This document shows positions 40,255 to 50,794 of a stretch of DNA of 64,000 bases, one piece after another. The stretch lies in contig CAVOVB010000002.1 in NCBI GenBank assembly GCA_963699755.1, positions 838,956 through 902,955 of the forward strand, in the 5' to 3' direction. Position 1 is the stretch's first letter. Every line of letters starts with the position of its first letter. A program made the translations under genes and the position numbers. The notes under the pieces are model-generated. The model searched no databases and was not told the DNA's origin. It saw only the letters and a program-made list of their open reading frames with translations. This stretch comes from an uncultured delta proteobacterium (lineage in GTDB: Bacteria; Myxococcota_A; Polyangia; Polyangiales; Houyiibacteriaceae).

Positions 40255-41121
40255 ATGTTTGGGCGCGTGAGGCTGATTGCGCGCTGGATTTTGGGGGGGC
40301 TCTTGCTGATGGTCGTCGGTACCGCGACGGCTAGCGCAGAGGAGCCGCGGGCCGATTGTGCCTGGAGAACCGGCGAGAAGCTTGGCTTTGGTTTTGCGGA
40401 GATCTGCACGCCACCGAGCGTTCCCAAAGGCCTCCTCGGAGAGAGTCCCGACGGGGGGCTCGCGCCGTTCTGGATGAGCGCCGCGCCGCTTCCGTGCTCC
40501 CGTGGAAACCATGGAACGAGCGATTGCCCGGTGGCGACCTCGATCCTCTCGGCGCGATCGAGAGCGAAGGACGTGCTCGAGCCGCGCGGCGTCGCCCTCG
40601 TCGACGGCAAGACGGCCTACGGGGTCTGCGGCATGCGCTTTGGGGGGCGCCTTCCGACGCGCGCCGAACGCGAGCTTGCGCGCTACTCGGCAGCGGTCGC
40701 GACACTCGTGAGCATGAAGGAGCCGGACGAGCCTGATCCGCGAATCGGGGAGCTGCCGGAGTGGACGCAGGTCGGAGATTGCACCAACCCTTCGCAGCCG
40801 GACGAAGGCTGTCGGCTCGTCCTCTTTCCGCCCGTTCTGACTCGTGAGAGGAGCAAGCACAGCATGCTTCAAGCGTGCCAAGCGTCCTTCGCCCCCGGTT
40901 CGATCGAGAGTGCGATTCAGCCCGGCGCTCCGTGCGTCGGTGGCAGCTGCACGGTCCGCATCCTGCCCGCGCTCCAGCCCGAGGCGTTCGAGCTCACCTG
41001 CGAGCCCACCCGCATCCATGCGACGGAGTCTCCGGCCGAGCCCAAGGCGGAGCGAGCCGCGTTCCGCTGCGTCCTGCCGGAGTCGGCCCTCGGCGTGGTG
41101 GGTGGGAAGACCGCGCGCTGA
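40255..41121 (+). CDS. Hypothetical secreted Cys-containing protein
   Basis: Signal peptide (ASA); long ORF. Confidence 0.6.
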   Translation: MFGRVRLIARWILGGLLLMVVGTATASAEEPRADCAWRTGEKLGFGFAEICTPPSVPKGLLGESPDGGLAPFWMSAAPLPCSRGNHGTSDCPVATSILSARSRAKDVLEPRGVALVDGKTAYGVCGMRFGGRLPTRAERELARYSAAVATLVSMKEPDEPDPRIGELPEWTQVGDCTNPSQPDEGCRLVLFPPVLTRERSKHSMLQACQASFAPGSIESAIQPGAPCVGGSCTVRILPALQPEAFELTCEPTRIHATESPAEPKAERAAFRCVLPESALGVVGGKTAR

Positions 41122-41162
41122 TGCTGCGTGCGAGCACGGTTCACCGGGGGTAAGATTACGAG

Positions 41163-42155
41163 TTGGAGGGTGCGAGTCCGCAAGCGGTGGATCGGGCGGA
41201 TGAAAGCGGCACGGGCGAGCAGGTTTGTCTCGAGTTCTCGAGAAAGCCTTCGGAGCTGCTTTACATGCTGGGAGCGTTTTGGCCCTCCCGAGGGCTTTCC
41301 GAGACGAGGCCGACGACGGGCTTTCGAGCGAGGTGGACCGGTCAGCGGATAAACTCCGAGAAGGTGGCCGAGCTCAACGTGCTCGCGGGCTTGCCGGCAG
41401 ACGCGGGCGTTTCGATTCTTCATCCGCATGTGTTCGGCTTTCCGCTTCACATGTCCATACTCACGCACCGTCGCTTCCCCGTGCCGATATGGCGAGTCCT
41501 ACAAATACGAAACACGCTGGTGCAACATCAATCGATTGCCGACGATGCTGCGCTCGATTTCGAGGTGGGCGTTACGACGCAGCGCATCCTCGCGCGGGGC
41601 GCCGAAATGGATCTTCACACCGAGGTGCGCGTCGAAGATGTGTTGGCCTGGGAAAGCCTGGTGACTTTCTTCACCCCGGGCCGCTTCGGAGAGCCAGAGG
41701 ATCCGTCGCCGCTCGCGTCTTCTCCGAGCGTCCGAGGTGAGGTGATGGAGAGCTGGCGGATGCCCGAGTCTGGAGCTTTTCGGATGGGTCGCTTCACCGG
41801 AGACCACAACGGCATCCATCTTTCGGACAGCTATGCGAAAGCGTTCGGCTTCCGCCGGGCGCTCTATCACCCGCCGGTGGTTCTCGGACATTGCTTGGCG
41901 CGATTGACCTCGTTGGGCTCAGGGCAGGTGACCCGGCTCGACGCATGGCTGAAGGGACCCGTCTACAAAGGGAGCGTCGTCACCCTTCGCGTCGAGCCCG
42001 CACCAGCTGGCGGCCCGCTTGCCTTTGCGCTGTGTGTGGAATCCGACGACCGCCCCGCACTGCTAGGACGAATGGCGTGGGATGTTCCCCCGACATCGGG
42101 AGGGCTGGTCGACGAAGCGCACTCCAACGAAGCTTCGAACCAGCCGAGGCCGTAG
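41163..42155 (+). CDS. MaoC-like acyl dehydratase (start uncertain)
   Basis: TGDHNGIHL..AKAFGFRRA..H hydratase motif. Confidence 0.75.
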   Translation: MEGASPQAVDRADESGTGEQVCLEFSRKPSELLYMLGAFWPSRGLSETRPTTGFRARWTGQRINSEKVAELNVLAGLPADAGVSILHPHVFGFPLHMSILTHRRFPVPIWRVLQIRNTLVQHQSIADDAALDFEVGVTTQRILARGAEMDLHTEVRVEDVLAWESLVTFFTPGRFGEPEDPSPLASSPSVRGEVMESWRMPESGAFRMGRFTGDHNGIHLSDSYAKAFGFRRALYHPPVVLGHCLARLTSLGSGQVTRLDAWLKGPVYKGSVVTLRVEPAPAGGPLAFALCVESDDRPALLGRMAWDVPPTSGGLVDEAHSNEASNQPRP

Positions 42156-42772
42156 ACGGCCAGGATCACTGCGAACGCCATCAGACGAACGAGCAACCAG
42201 TCTCTACGCGCTAGCTTTTGTTGCCTCCAATTGTTTCGATCCGCGGCGACAAAACGAACGGCGTCCAACTGCCTTTGCGTTGCATCGCGCATGCCAAGTG
42301 AAAAGACATCAAGACGCGCGACGCGGCGATCTGCATCCGTTGCCTGAACGCAGCGTGGTGCAAGCCCTGCATGGGTGGACGCGAGGCCTTTGCACTCTCC
42401 GCCGAGGGAGAGGAGTGCCGCGTGACATTGGCTTTCACTCGGATACCCGCGATGGGGACAGCAAAGTCCGGAGTATAGGGATGTGGTGTCACACGGTGGA
42501 TGCGACTCAGCCGCGTGCTTTTCGCGCGCGTTGGTCCGCATGACGAGCATGACGACCATCCTGCGGGACTCGAGAATAAGTACGTATAGACCGTCGTGCG
42601 GCCTTGCGAGACTCTCGTGGATCCGAAAGACCAGTGGTGCCCTGTTGCGTCGCTCCTTTCGAAAGGGTTCTAAGAGGAGGCCAAGACGAAGAAACTAGTA
42701 TCGATGAAATGCCGAGGGAAGTTGCGCAGATTCGTTGGAGCTCCTCGCCGCCATGGTGCGGGCGGGCGCTCA

Positions 42773-44782
42773 TTAATTGAAGAGCGTTCGTTCGCGGCGG
42801 TGGACTTGGATGATCGGGTTGCGGCCGAGGAGCCAGGTGGGGTCGTTGCCTGGGGGGAGGATTTGGAGGCGGCCGCCGTGCTCGCCTTCGAGGTGGCAAA
42901 AGGCGCAGGGGCTGGTGAGGTTGTCGGCGTCGTCGGTGCCGCCGTTGGCGCGGTACTGCACGTGGTGGAGGGTGACGTTGCGTTGGTGGCAGACGGGGTT
43001 GGTGCAGCGGTAGCGATCGCGGCGGTAGATCTGCTCCCATTTGTCCGAGGTGCCTAACTGGGGGACCCATGTTTGCCAGAAGGTCGTGCAGAGGAACTGG
43101 ATGAAGCTTTCGTCGGGGAAGTGCTTGCGGTGGAGGCGTTCGAGTTGGCGGTAGTGGAGGAGGAGATCGCCGGGGACGCGGATTCGCAACGTGATCTTGG
43201 CGGATGGACCTACGGATATCTGGACAGGTTCTTTCGCGGCCTCGTCTTCGGGGGTTACGGATATCTGGACAGTGGGATCGGGCGCGGGCGCGCGGGCCTC
43301 TTCTCTGCGGGCGGGTTCATGGGGTTCATGGCATCCGTCGCGGTCGGGTTCGGACAGCGGGTCGCGGATGACCCGGCGCAAGAGCTCGCCGCTGAGGATG
43401 GCGCGTTCGGCGGCTTCGACTTGTTGGAGCTGGGCTTCGCTTGGGGGTGAGCCGTCGGTCTCGCCCAAGAAGCGGGTGGCCATTTCTACGGCTTGAACTT
43501 CTTCGCGGAGGTGTTTGAAGGTGCGGCGGGTGGCGCGGGTGAGCCAGGCGCGTTCGGTTTCGGGGGTGGCGACGCGGGCGATGAGCTGGGCGGCTTCGAA
43601 GCCGATGCGGCCTTTTTGGAGGGCGTCGATGAGGTGGTCGAGGCGCTCGGTCCGGCGGGCGAGGCTGAGTTTGCTGCGGAGGGAGGCGCGCGAGATGCCG
43701 AGGCGTTCGCGCGCGTAGTGGGCTTCGCTGGCGAAGCCGAGGGCTTGCCAGCCGCGGAGGGCGAGGAAGCGTTGGGCGATGCGGCCGAAGAAGAGATCGC
43801 GACTGGCGAGCTCGGCGCTGTAGTGACGGATGCGGGTGTCGAGTGTTTCGATGCCCGTGGGGAGGTCACTCGGGTCGGGGGCCTCGCCTGGATCGGGATC
43901 GGTGGGGACCGCGGGGCGGCTTTGAAGCTCGGCTTCGGCTTGCAGGTGTTGGAGGCGTTGCATCTGCGCGCGCCACGCGGCGTGTTCGGCTTCGGCTTCT
44001 GTGGAGAAATTGTTTTCGGATGCCGGGATGAGCTCGAGCAGGGAGATGGTGGCTTCGGCGAGGAGGGATTCGAGGAAGTGGGCGCCGGTGGATTTGCCGT
44101 CCATGTGCTCGACCATCATGCGCGTGGCTTCGAGCGCCCAGGCTTCTTCGACGGGGAGCGTGAGGGAGAGCGTGCGCGTGAGGTCTTCGTCGTCATCAAG
44201 CTGCGGCTCCGGCGGTGAGGCTGGTGATTCTGTTGAGCGCGATGAGCCTGGTGAGCCCGGCGACTCTTGCGAGCTCAACGCGATGCGCATCGCCGCGACT
44301 GTCTTGTCGCGTGCAATCTGGAGGAGCGCGGCTTCGGTTTCGGGGGTGGCGTGGCGGGCGAGGAGCTCGGCCATGGACCAGCCGATGGCGCCGGCTTCGA
44401 GTGACTCTGTTAAACGAGGGAGCGATTGGAGGCGGCGTGCGAGGGTGCGGGTTTCGGCGGCCCAGCGACCGCCGCGATTGCAGCGCTCGAGTGCGTATGC
44501 GCCGAGGGTGGAGAAGCCGAGCTCGTGGATGCCTTCGCCGAGGCGGTGAAGCGCCTGGCCGATGCGCAGTCGGAGGCGGCCCGCGCCGCGGGCTAGGCGG
44601 TGGAGCTCGGCGTCGAGCTGGGTGAGATCGCCGAGCGTGCGAGGTGCTTGGGGCTGGGCGTGCTGGTTGTCTCGGGGTTGCTGGGGGCTTTGTTGAGGAG
44701 CTCTGGGGCGTGTGGACGGGGGCGAATGGCCGGGGATTGGGAGCAGGAGGGGCGTCGGGGAGTGCGAGGGGGAACTTCGCAT
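42773..44782 (-). CDS. Large HNH endonuclease (DUF222-like helical region + C-terminal HNH), copy 1
   Basis: RDRYRC..PVC..HHVQYRANGGTDD..NL...CAFCH...H. Confidence 0.9.
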   Translation of the reverse strand: MRSSPSHSPTPLLLPIPGHSPPSTRPRAPQQSPQQPRDNQHAQPQAPRTLGDLTQLDAELHRLARGAGRLRLRIGQALHRLGEGIHELGFSTLGAYALERCNRGGRWAAETRTLARRLQSLPRLTESLEAGAIGWSMAELLARHATPETEAALLQIARDKTVAAMRIALSSQESPGSPGSSRSTESPASPPEPQLDDDEDLTRTLSLTLPVEEAWALEATRMMVEHMDGKSTGAHFLESLLAEATISLLELIPASENNFSTEAEAEHAAWRAQMQRLQHLQAEAELQSRPAVPTDPDPGEAPDPSDLPTGIETLDTRIRHYSAELASRDLFFGRIAQRFLALRGWQALGFASEAHYARERLGISRASLRSKLSLARRTERLDHLIDALQKGRIGFEAAQLIARVATPETERAWLTRATRRTFKHLREEVQAVEMATRFLGETDGSPPSEAQLQQVEAAERAILSGELLRRVIRDPLSEPDRDGCHEPHEPARREEARAPAPDPTVQISVTPEDEAAKEPVQISVGPSAKITLRIRVPGDLLLHYRQLERLHRKHFPDESFIQFLCTTFWQTWVPQLGTSDKWEQIYRRDRYRCTNPVCHQRNVTLHHVQYRANGGTDDADNLTSPCAFCHLEGEHGGRLQILPPGNDPTWLLGRNPIIQVHRRERTLFN

Positions 44783-44808
44783 GATTACTGATATTTATAG
44801 CCTCGATA

Positions 44809-44824
44809 CTGAACGTTTGTAAAG
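44809..44824 (-). promoter_or_regulatory. LexA-box-like site overlapping a putative -35 of HNH copy 1
   Basis: CTTTAC-AAAC-GTTCAG; TTTACA-N18-TATAAA; the site is identical upstream of copy 2. Confidence 0.5.
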
Positions 44825-44915
44825 TGCTTTTTGGGGTTATCGGTCGATGTGGCCGGGCGTTGCGTGGGGTTGGTCGATTTGTGGGACGCGCGCGCGGCGG
44901 GGGGCGGCGACGAGG

Positions 44916-45683
44916 TCAGAACTTGCCGTTGTCGTTCTTCCACTCTGACTTCGGGGCGACTGGTTCGATTGTGTCCCAGTGCTCGACGACCTTTGCGTTT
45001 GCGAGGCTGAAGAGGTCGTAGAAGGCGGTGTGGACGCCGGCGAGGGTGCCTTCGCTGACGGTGAGGACGAATGAGCCCTCTGCGAGGATGCGGTGCAGGT
45101 GTTGGTAGTCGACGAGGGGGGCGCCGTCGTGCGCGGCTTCGAGCGCGGCCCTCCAGGCGGCGATGCCGTCGGTGAGATTGGGGTTGTGTTGGGCGAGCTC
45201 CGCATCGACGTAGCGGGGGAGCAGGTCTAGGCGACGGGGGATTAGGACGTCTTGCACGAGGTTGCGGACTAGGCGGCGGTTTTCGTCGGTGCGGTCGAGA
45301 TCCGTCGGGGTGGTTGGGCCGTCGACCATGCTGCGACCGGACGGGTTTGGGCCGCGACGGGGTTGGATGTTGTCCCAGTGTTCGACGGCCTGGTCCGCCT
45401 CGAAGCGAAACACCTCGAAACCGATTCGGCGTGTGGCAAAGTCGTACTCGGTGTGGGCGAAGACGAAGTCGCCGTCGGCGAAGGCACGAACGATGTTCAC
45501 GCGCGGGTTGGTCTTCGACAGGCGGGCGAAGAGCGCGGCCAGGCCTTCACTGCCTTCGTGCGTTTGCGGATTGTGCTGGATGTACTTCGACTCGTTGACG
45601 ACGGCCGCGGCAGCGGGGTCGCCTGTCTCGATGCCCTTTAGGAGCTTTCGGATTAGGTTCTTGCGTTGCTCGGGGGTGGTCAT
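44916..45683 (-). CDS. Tandem SnoaL/NTF2-like protein
   Basis: Two QHNP...EHWD repeats. Confidence 0.88.
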   Translation of the reverse strand: MTTPEQRKNLIRKLLKGIETGDPAAAAVVNESKYIQHNPQTHEGSEGLAALFARLSKTNPRVNIVRAFADGDFVFAHTEYDFATRRIGFEVFRFEADQAVEHWDNIQPRRGPNPSGRSMVDGPTTPTDLDRTDENRRLVRNLVQDVLIPRRLDLLPRYVDAELAQHNPNLTDGIAAWRAALEAAHDGAPLVDYQHLHRILAEGSFVLTVSEGTLAGVHTAFYDLFSLANAKVVEHWDTIEPVAPKSEWKNDNGKF

Positions 45684-45700
45684 GTGCGCCTGATAGGATT

Positions 45701-46093
45701 TCAGCGAGCCGCGCGCGGGCGTGCGGTATTGATTGCGGGGATGTCCCAGGCTTCTGCGAGGCGGCCGTCGACGATGCGCCAGACGACGACGGCGTCGATC
45801 TCGAGCGCGGTGCCTTCGAATGCCATGGTGTCGCGGACGTGGGCGACGACCAGCTCATCTCCGAAGGCTGTGACTGAGAGCGGTTCGACCGCGAAGGTGC
45901 CGCCCGTCCCGGCTCCTAGCTTGTCGAAGAAGGCTTGTAGGCCGGCGACACCGACGTAGTCGCCTTGGACATCCGGCAGGCGGGGGTTGAAGAAGTGCCA
46001 GACGAAGTCCTCCTCGAAGAGGTCCGCCCAGCTGGCGAGGTTGCCGAGGTCGACACGCTTCAGAAGGGAGACGTTTGGATGCTCTTCGGACAT
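45701..46093 (-). CDS. SnoaL/NTF2 family protein
   Basis: DLFEEDFVWH..VWRIVDGRLAEAWD. Confidence 0.85.
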   Translation of the reverse strand: MSEEHPNVSLLKRVDLGNLASWADLFEEDFVWHFFNPRLPDVQGDYVGVAGLQAFFDKLGAGTGGTFAVEPLSVTAFGDELVVAHVRDTMAFEGTALEIDAVVVWRIVDGRLAEAWDIPAINTARPRAAR

Positions 46094-46132
46094 GGCGGGC
46101 TCCTTGGGGTTGGGGCTAGCTAGGGGTTCCGC

Positions 46133-46504
46133 CTAGGTGAGCCTTGTTTGACTGGGAAACGAGATTTCGAGCACGAGGCAGCCTTCTTCGGTGCGGAAGG
46201 GGCCGTGGGGTTCGCCGGGTGGGCGGCTCGCGTAGTCGCCCTTCTCGAGCCAGCGATCGAAGGCGGCGTCGTAGAGGCTTCCTTCGACGATGAACACCTC
46301 TTCGGGGTAGTCGTGTGACTTGCTGCCAAAAGGGGTCGTGTCGGTGCCCGGGGCGAAGCGCGTGAGGCGGGTGTAGTCGCCGGACGCCTCGTCGATCGCG
46401 AGGGTGAGCTCTTCGGCCATGCCTTCGAGGCCTTCGATGGGTTGCCAGTCGCCGCGGTGCTCGTCCGAGAGCGGATTCCAATAGGTGCGTGTCGTCTTCG
46501 ACAT
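46133..46504 (-). CDS. Cupin-domain (ChrR-like) protein
   Basis: HDYPEEVFIVEG..RPPGEPHGPF. Confidence 0.85.
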   Translation of the reverse strand: MSKTTRTYWNPLSDEHRGDWQPIEGLEGMAEELTLAIDEASGDYTRLTRFAPGTDTTPFGSKSHDYPEEVFIVEGSLYDAAFDRWLEKGDYASRPPGEPHGPFRTEEGCLVLEISFPSQTRLT

Positions 46505-46640
46505 GGTGCGGAATGGTAGCTGAAGCCCTAGTCTTCATACACCTCGGACCTTCGGCGTGTCGAAGCCGTTCCAGCTCATGATGGTGGGCTCGGTTACGGT
46601 TTCTTGGCCCTACGCGTTCAATTGGTCCTTACGGACGTGC

Positions 46641-47048
46641 ATGAGGACAACTCCAACGCGAATTCTCCACTCCGCTCTGTTCTTGGGGCTGGTACTCGGT
46701 GGCTGCGGCAGTAGCTCAAACGGCGGCGGCGGCGGAACGGCTGGCTCGACCGGTGGCGCAGGCGGACAGGCCGGAAGCGCCGGAGCAGCTGGCGGTGGAG
46801 GGGTCGCCGGCGGGGGCGGCACGGCAGGCGGCGGAGGCAGCGGTTGCGCGACCAACGACGATTGCGACGCGGCGGACTACTGCGCCTCGGATGTCTCGTG
46901 CGACGAACCGGGAGAGTGCCTGGCACGACCGCTCACGTGCCCATTGGTGTTCGACCCGGTGTGCGGATGCAACGGCACGACGTACAGCAACTCATGCGAG
47001 GCTGCGGCCGCGGGTGTCAGGGTCGAGTTTGATGGGGCCTGTCCGTAG
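46641..47048 (+). CDS. Lipoprotein with Kazal-type domain
   Basis: LGGC lipobox; PVCGCNGTTYSNSCEA. Confidence 0.85.
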   Translation: MRTTPTRILHSALFLGLVLGGCGSSSNGGGGGTAGSTGGAGGQAGSAGAAGGGGVAGGGGTAGGGGSGCATNDDCDAADYCASDVSCDEPGECLARPLTCPLVFDPVCGCNGTTYSNSCEAAAAGVRVEFDGACP

Positions 47049-47068
47049 GGGTGGGCAGGCGCGGCCTG

Positions 47069-47917
47069 TTAGCTCGACCCGGTGCTCAGGAACTCGGAGA
47101 TGAGCTCGGCTACTCTCTGGGGTTCGTCTTCTTGAAGGAAGTGGCCGCAGTTGGGCAGCGCGGTGAGCTCGGCTTCGGGGTGGTCTTGTTGCAGACGGCG
47201 CATGGTTTGGGCGATGTCGGGGAGTGCGCGGTCGTTTTCGCCGTAGATGAGGCGGATGGTGCCTTGGTAGCCGGGGAGCGCGCGGGCGATTTGGGCGAGG
47301 CCGGCGGTGCCTAGGCCGGAGGCTGCTTTGAGGAGGGCTTTGCGCGCGGCGGGATCGGTGAAGGGGGCGGTGTACGGGGTGAGGACTTCGCGGTTGAGGC
47401 GGCCTTTGTTAACGACGCCGAGCTTCATCGCGGCGACGATGCCCTTGGGGCTCACGAGGTAATCGCGGAGGCCGGGCGTTTTCAGGGCGAGGAGGAAGAG
47501 CTTCACCGCCCAGGAAGTTTCCGGGTAGACCAAGGTGTTGAGCACGACGAGCTTTTGCACGCGGTGGGGGTGGCGAACCATCCAGTAGAGCCCGACGGGG
47601 CCGCCGAGGTCGTGCACGCAGAGGTGCGTGTCGCCGATGCCGAGCGCGTCGAGGAATGCGTCGAGCGTGTCGGCGTAGAAGTCGTAGTCGTACGCGGCGT
47701 CGAGGGGCTTATCGGAGAGGCCGTAGCCCGGCAGGTCGAGCGCGATGGCGCGATGGGTTTTGCCGAGCTCGGGGAGGATGTTGCGGTAGAGGTGGCTGCT
47801 GGTGGGGAAGCCGTGAAGGAGGAGGATGGGCGGGACGTTGGGATCGGGGGCGCCGGATTCTAGGTAGTGGAGGCGGAGGGACTTGGCTTGGGTGTAGTGG
47901 GAGATTGGGGCTGGCAT
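47069..47917 (-). CDS. Alpha/beta hydrolase (haloalkane dehalogenase-like), copy 1
   Basis: HGFPTSS; VHDLGG; GHFLQED. Confidence 0.9.
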   Translation of the reverse strand: MPAPISHYTQAKSLRLHYLESGAPDPNVPPILLLHGFPTSSHLYRNILPELGKTHRAIALDLPGYGLSDKPLDAAYDYDFYADTLDAFLDALGIGDTHLCVHDLGGPVGLYWMVRHPHRVQKLVVLNTLVYPETSWAVKLFLLALKTPGLRDYLVSPKGIVAAMKLGVVNKGRLNREVLTPYTAPFTDPAARKALLKAASGLGTAGLAQIARALPGYQGTIRLIYGENDRALPDIAQTMRRLQQDHPEAELTALPNCGHFLQEDEPQRVAELISEFLSTGSS

Positions 47918-47934
47918 TGGAAGGGAGAGGCTAC

Positions 47935-48140
47935 CACGTGGCGCGGGCAACAGGCCGCGCGGCCTTCGGGTTGGCCGCGGCCTTGCTCCGGCCTGCGCAG
48001 GGTGTGCACGCTGATCTCGAGGGCGCGCGCGAGCTCTTTTTTGGCTGAGGCCGACGTCGGCTTCGGTCCGCTCTCGAATCTCGAGATCGTCCGTCATCCA
48101 TGGACGAGGCCGGCTCTGTATTGCCGATGCACGCCGCGCT
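47935..48140 (-). pseudogene. Heavily deleted relic of the BrnT-like toxin / HTH antitoxin module
   Basis: MTDDLEIRE.TEAD joined to VGLSQK..ARALEISVHTLR; matches 61064-61420 with internal deletions. Confidence 0.75.
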
Positions 48141-48632
48141 TTACGGCAGCTTCCACTCGCCGTTCCAGTCGGACCAGCCCGCGCCGGTGTCGCCGATGAA
48201 GTTGCCTTGGAACTTCTGATTGCCTGTGATGCCTTCGTACTTGCCGGTCCCGCCTACGAAGCGTTCCGTGCCGGGGCATGCGGGCATCTTTCCGGAGCAC
48301 TGCCACTCGACGAAGATCGTGTCGCCATCGGCGTCGGTCACCACGCAAGTGCCTCTTGCATCGGCGTGTCCTTTGTTGACGTCGTTGTAGATCGAGCAGT
48401 CGACGCGGGACTTGTGCATGAAGCCCTTGCCCTTGTCGTTGAACATGACGCCGGGCACGATGCCGGCGTAGATCGTCCGGTCTTCTCCAAGCTTCTGGAT
48501 CTTCCCGGTGAAGGTCCAGCCGTAGTGACCGGAGTATTTCCCGCTCTTTGGTAGATCGCCCGCGTCGACGGACGAAGTGAAAGCGAGCGTGGCGAGTGCG
48601 AATAGCGATACGATGGAAATTGTGCGAGTCAT
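48141..48632 (-). CDS. Hypothetical secreted protein
   Basis: Signal peptide; GGTGKYEGITG motif; AGGAG RBS. Confidence 0.75.
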   Translation of the reverse strand: MTRTISIVSLFALATLAFTSSVDAGDLPKSGKYSGHYGWTFTGKIQKLGEDRTIYAGIVPGVMFNDKGKGFMHKSRVDCSIYNDVNKGHADARGTCVVTDADGDTIFVEWQCSGKMPACPGTERFVGGTGKYEGITGNQKFQGNFIGDTGAGWSDWNGEWKLP

Positions 48633-48897
48633 CGTTCTTGCTCCTTGTCCTAAACCAGTTTGATGGGCAGCGCCGGACGCGGCGTTTCGCGCTTGTGCGC
48701 GGAAGCCGCACGATCGCACCTTCGTGCTGGAATTCCTAGAGGCCCCCGTGAAGCGCCTTTAGGGAGGGGACACGGAGGGACCGCTCGCCGCTCGTTTGGG
48801 GCTTTGGCCAGGGCGTGCGTCCGTCTGTTCAGGTCTTTGCCTCACAGGAAGGGCGGTCTCGGTGACCGAGGGGGGGAAGAGGCCTTATCCTGATCGG

Positions 48898-49818
48898 ATG
48901 AGGATCTGGGGGGTCATTCTCGTGTTCGTCGGTGCGTGCGGGGACGGTTCGGGCAGCGACTGGACGTCGGCGCGAAGCGCGCCAAGCCTTTTCGCGGCGA
49001 TCGATGTGTGGGCGTTTGCGCCGACCGACGTGTGGGTCATCGACGGGAGCTCGAGCATCCAGCGCTTTGATGGCGACGGTTGGAGCGCGCTCGACACCGG
49101 GAGCAACGGCGGGCTTCAGTGCATCTTCGCGCTGTCGCCGACCGAGGTGTGGCTTTGCTCGGGCGGCGACCTCTTGTTCTACGATGGCGCGACGTTCGAG
49201 CCGATGAATGTGTCTCAGCCGACTGGGCTGAGCGGGCTGACCGACGTCTGGGCCTCTTCTCCGAACGACGTGTGGGCGGTGGGCGATGACGCCATCGTCG
49301 CCCACTACGACGGCAACGCGTGGGGGCGCACGATCGCCGGCTCACCGTTCAAGAGCTCGATCTGGGGCTCTGGGCCCAGCGATGTCTACACGCTTTCGAC
49401 GTTCGATCTCGTGCACTACGACGGATCGACTTGGACCGAAGTCGACCTCGACGCGGGCGCCGGCGACGGTCAAGTCTGGGGAACCAGCGCGAGCGACGTT
49501 TGGGTGATGTCGGACAGCTCCGAGCTCAGTCATTTCGACGGCGCGCAGTGGGAGACGATCGACACCTTCGACTTCGTCGGTGACTTGAGCGCGGTCTGGG
49601 GTCCTTCGCCGGACGACCTCTGGGCAGTGGGCAGCGCCGGCGCGATCGCGCACTACGACGGCAAGTCGTGGCGGCAAGTCGCGCATCAGAAGATCGGCGC
49701 GCCCTACCTACGCCTCTTCCTCGCCGTGCACGGAACGTCTTCGACCGACGTCTGGGCGGTTGGGCAACAGCTCGGCGAGGGCGGCTCGACGGGGCTGATT
49801 TTCCACTATCGGCCCTGA
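48898..49818 (+). CDS. Beta-propeller repeat lipoprotein
   Basis: Repeated VWG.S..DVWAVG..HYDG..W. Confidence 0.8.
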   Translation: MRIWGVILVFVGACGDGSGSDWTSARSAPSLFAAIDVWAFAPTDVWVIDGSSSIQRFDGDGWSALDTGSNGGLQCIFALSPTEVWLCSGGDLLFYDGATFEPMNVSQPTGLSGLTDVWASSPNDVWAVGDDAIVAHYDGNAWGRTIAGSPFKSSIWGSGPSDVYTLSTFDLVHYDGSTWTEVDLDAGAGDGQVWGTSASDVWVMSDSSELSHFDGAQWETIDTFDFVGDLSAVWGPSPDDLWAVGSAGAIAHYDGKSWRQVAHQKIGAPYLRLFLAVHGTSSTDVWAVGQQLGEGGSTGLIFHYRP

Positions 49819-49860
49819 GCGAGGCGGGACGTTGGCTTCGGTTGGATTGAAGGCGCGGTG

Positions 49861-50703
49861 TTAGTCCGACCTGGTGTTCAGGAACTCAGCGATCAGTTGC
49901 CCTACTCTTTTTGGTTCGTCTTCTTGAAGGAAGTGGCCGCAGTTGGGCAGCGCGGTGAGCCGGGCTTCGGGGTGGTCTTGTTGGAGGCGGCGCATGGTTT
50001 GGGCGATGTCGGGGAGCGCGCGGTCGTTTTCGCCGTAGATGAGGCGGACGGACGCTCCGTAGCCGGGGAGCGCGCGGGCGATTTGGGAGAGGCCGCCGAT
50101 GCCTAGGCTGGAGGCTGCTTTGAGGAGGGCTTTGCGCGCGGCGGGATCGGTGAAGGGGGCGGTGTACGGGGTGAGGACTTCGCGGTTGAGGCGGCCTTTG
50201 TTAACGACGCCGAGCTTCATCGCGGCGACGATGCCCTTGGGGCTCACGAGGTAATCGCGGAGGCCGGGCGTTTTCAGGGCGAGGAGGAAGAGCTTCACCG
50301 CCCAGGAAGTTTCCGGGTAGACCAAGGTGTTGAGCAGGACGAGCTTTTGCACGCGGTGGGGGTGGCGAACCATCCAGTAGAGCCCGACGGGGCCGCCGAG
50401 GTCGTGCACGCAGAGGTGCGTGTCGCCGATGCCGAGCGCGTCGAGGAATGCGTCGAGCGTGTCGGCGTAGAAGTCGTAGTCGTAGGTGACGTCGAGGGGC
50501 TTGTCAGAGAGGCCGTAGCCCGGCAGGTCGAGCGCGATGGCGCGATGGGTTTTGCCGAGCTCGGGGAGGATGTTGCGGTAGAGGTGGCTGCTGGTTGGGA
50601 AGCCGTGCAGGAGGAGGATGGGCGGGACGCGGGGATCGGGGGCGCCAGATTCTAGGTGGTGGAGGCGGAGGGACTTGGCTTGGGTGTAGCGGGAGGTTGG
50701 CAT
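49861..50703 (-). CDS. Alpha/beta hydrolase (haloalkane dehalogenase-like), copy 2
   Basis: Near-identical to 47069-47917. Confidence 0.9.
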   Translation of the reverse strand: MPTSRYTQAKSLRLHHLESGAPDPRVPPILLLHGFPTSSHLYRNILPELGKTHRAIALDLPGYGLSDKPLDVTYDYDFYADTLDAFLDALGIGDTHLCVHDLGGPVGLYWMVRHPHRVQKLVLLNTLVYPETSWAVKLFLLALKTPGLRDYLVSPKGIVAAMKLGVVNKGRLNREVLTPYTAPFTDPAARKALLKAASSLGIGGLSQIARALPGYGASVRLIYGENDRALPDIAQTMRRLQQDHPEARLTALPNCGHFLQEDEPKRVGQLIAEFLNTRSD

Positions 50704-50794
50704 TGGGGGGGGTGAGGGTACCATGGGGAGGCGCGTCGACTTTGTCCCTTGCTGCAGTCCGTGTGCGGTCAGTCGGTTGCGCTAGCGGCGCGAG

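Noticed and set aside
47069..48097. 342-aa HTH-hydrolase fusion ORF
   Set aside because: The N-terminal extension is a frameshifted antitoxin relic; copy 2 shows the true hydrolase start
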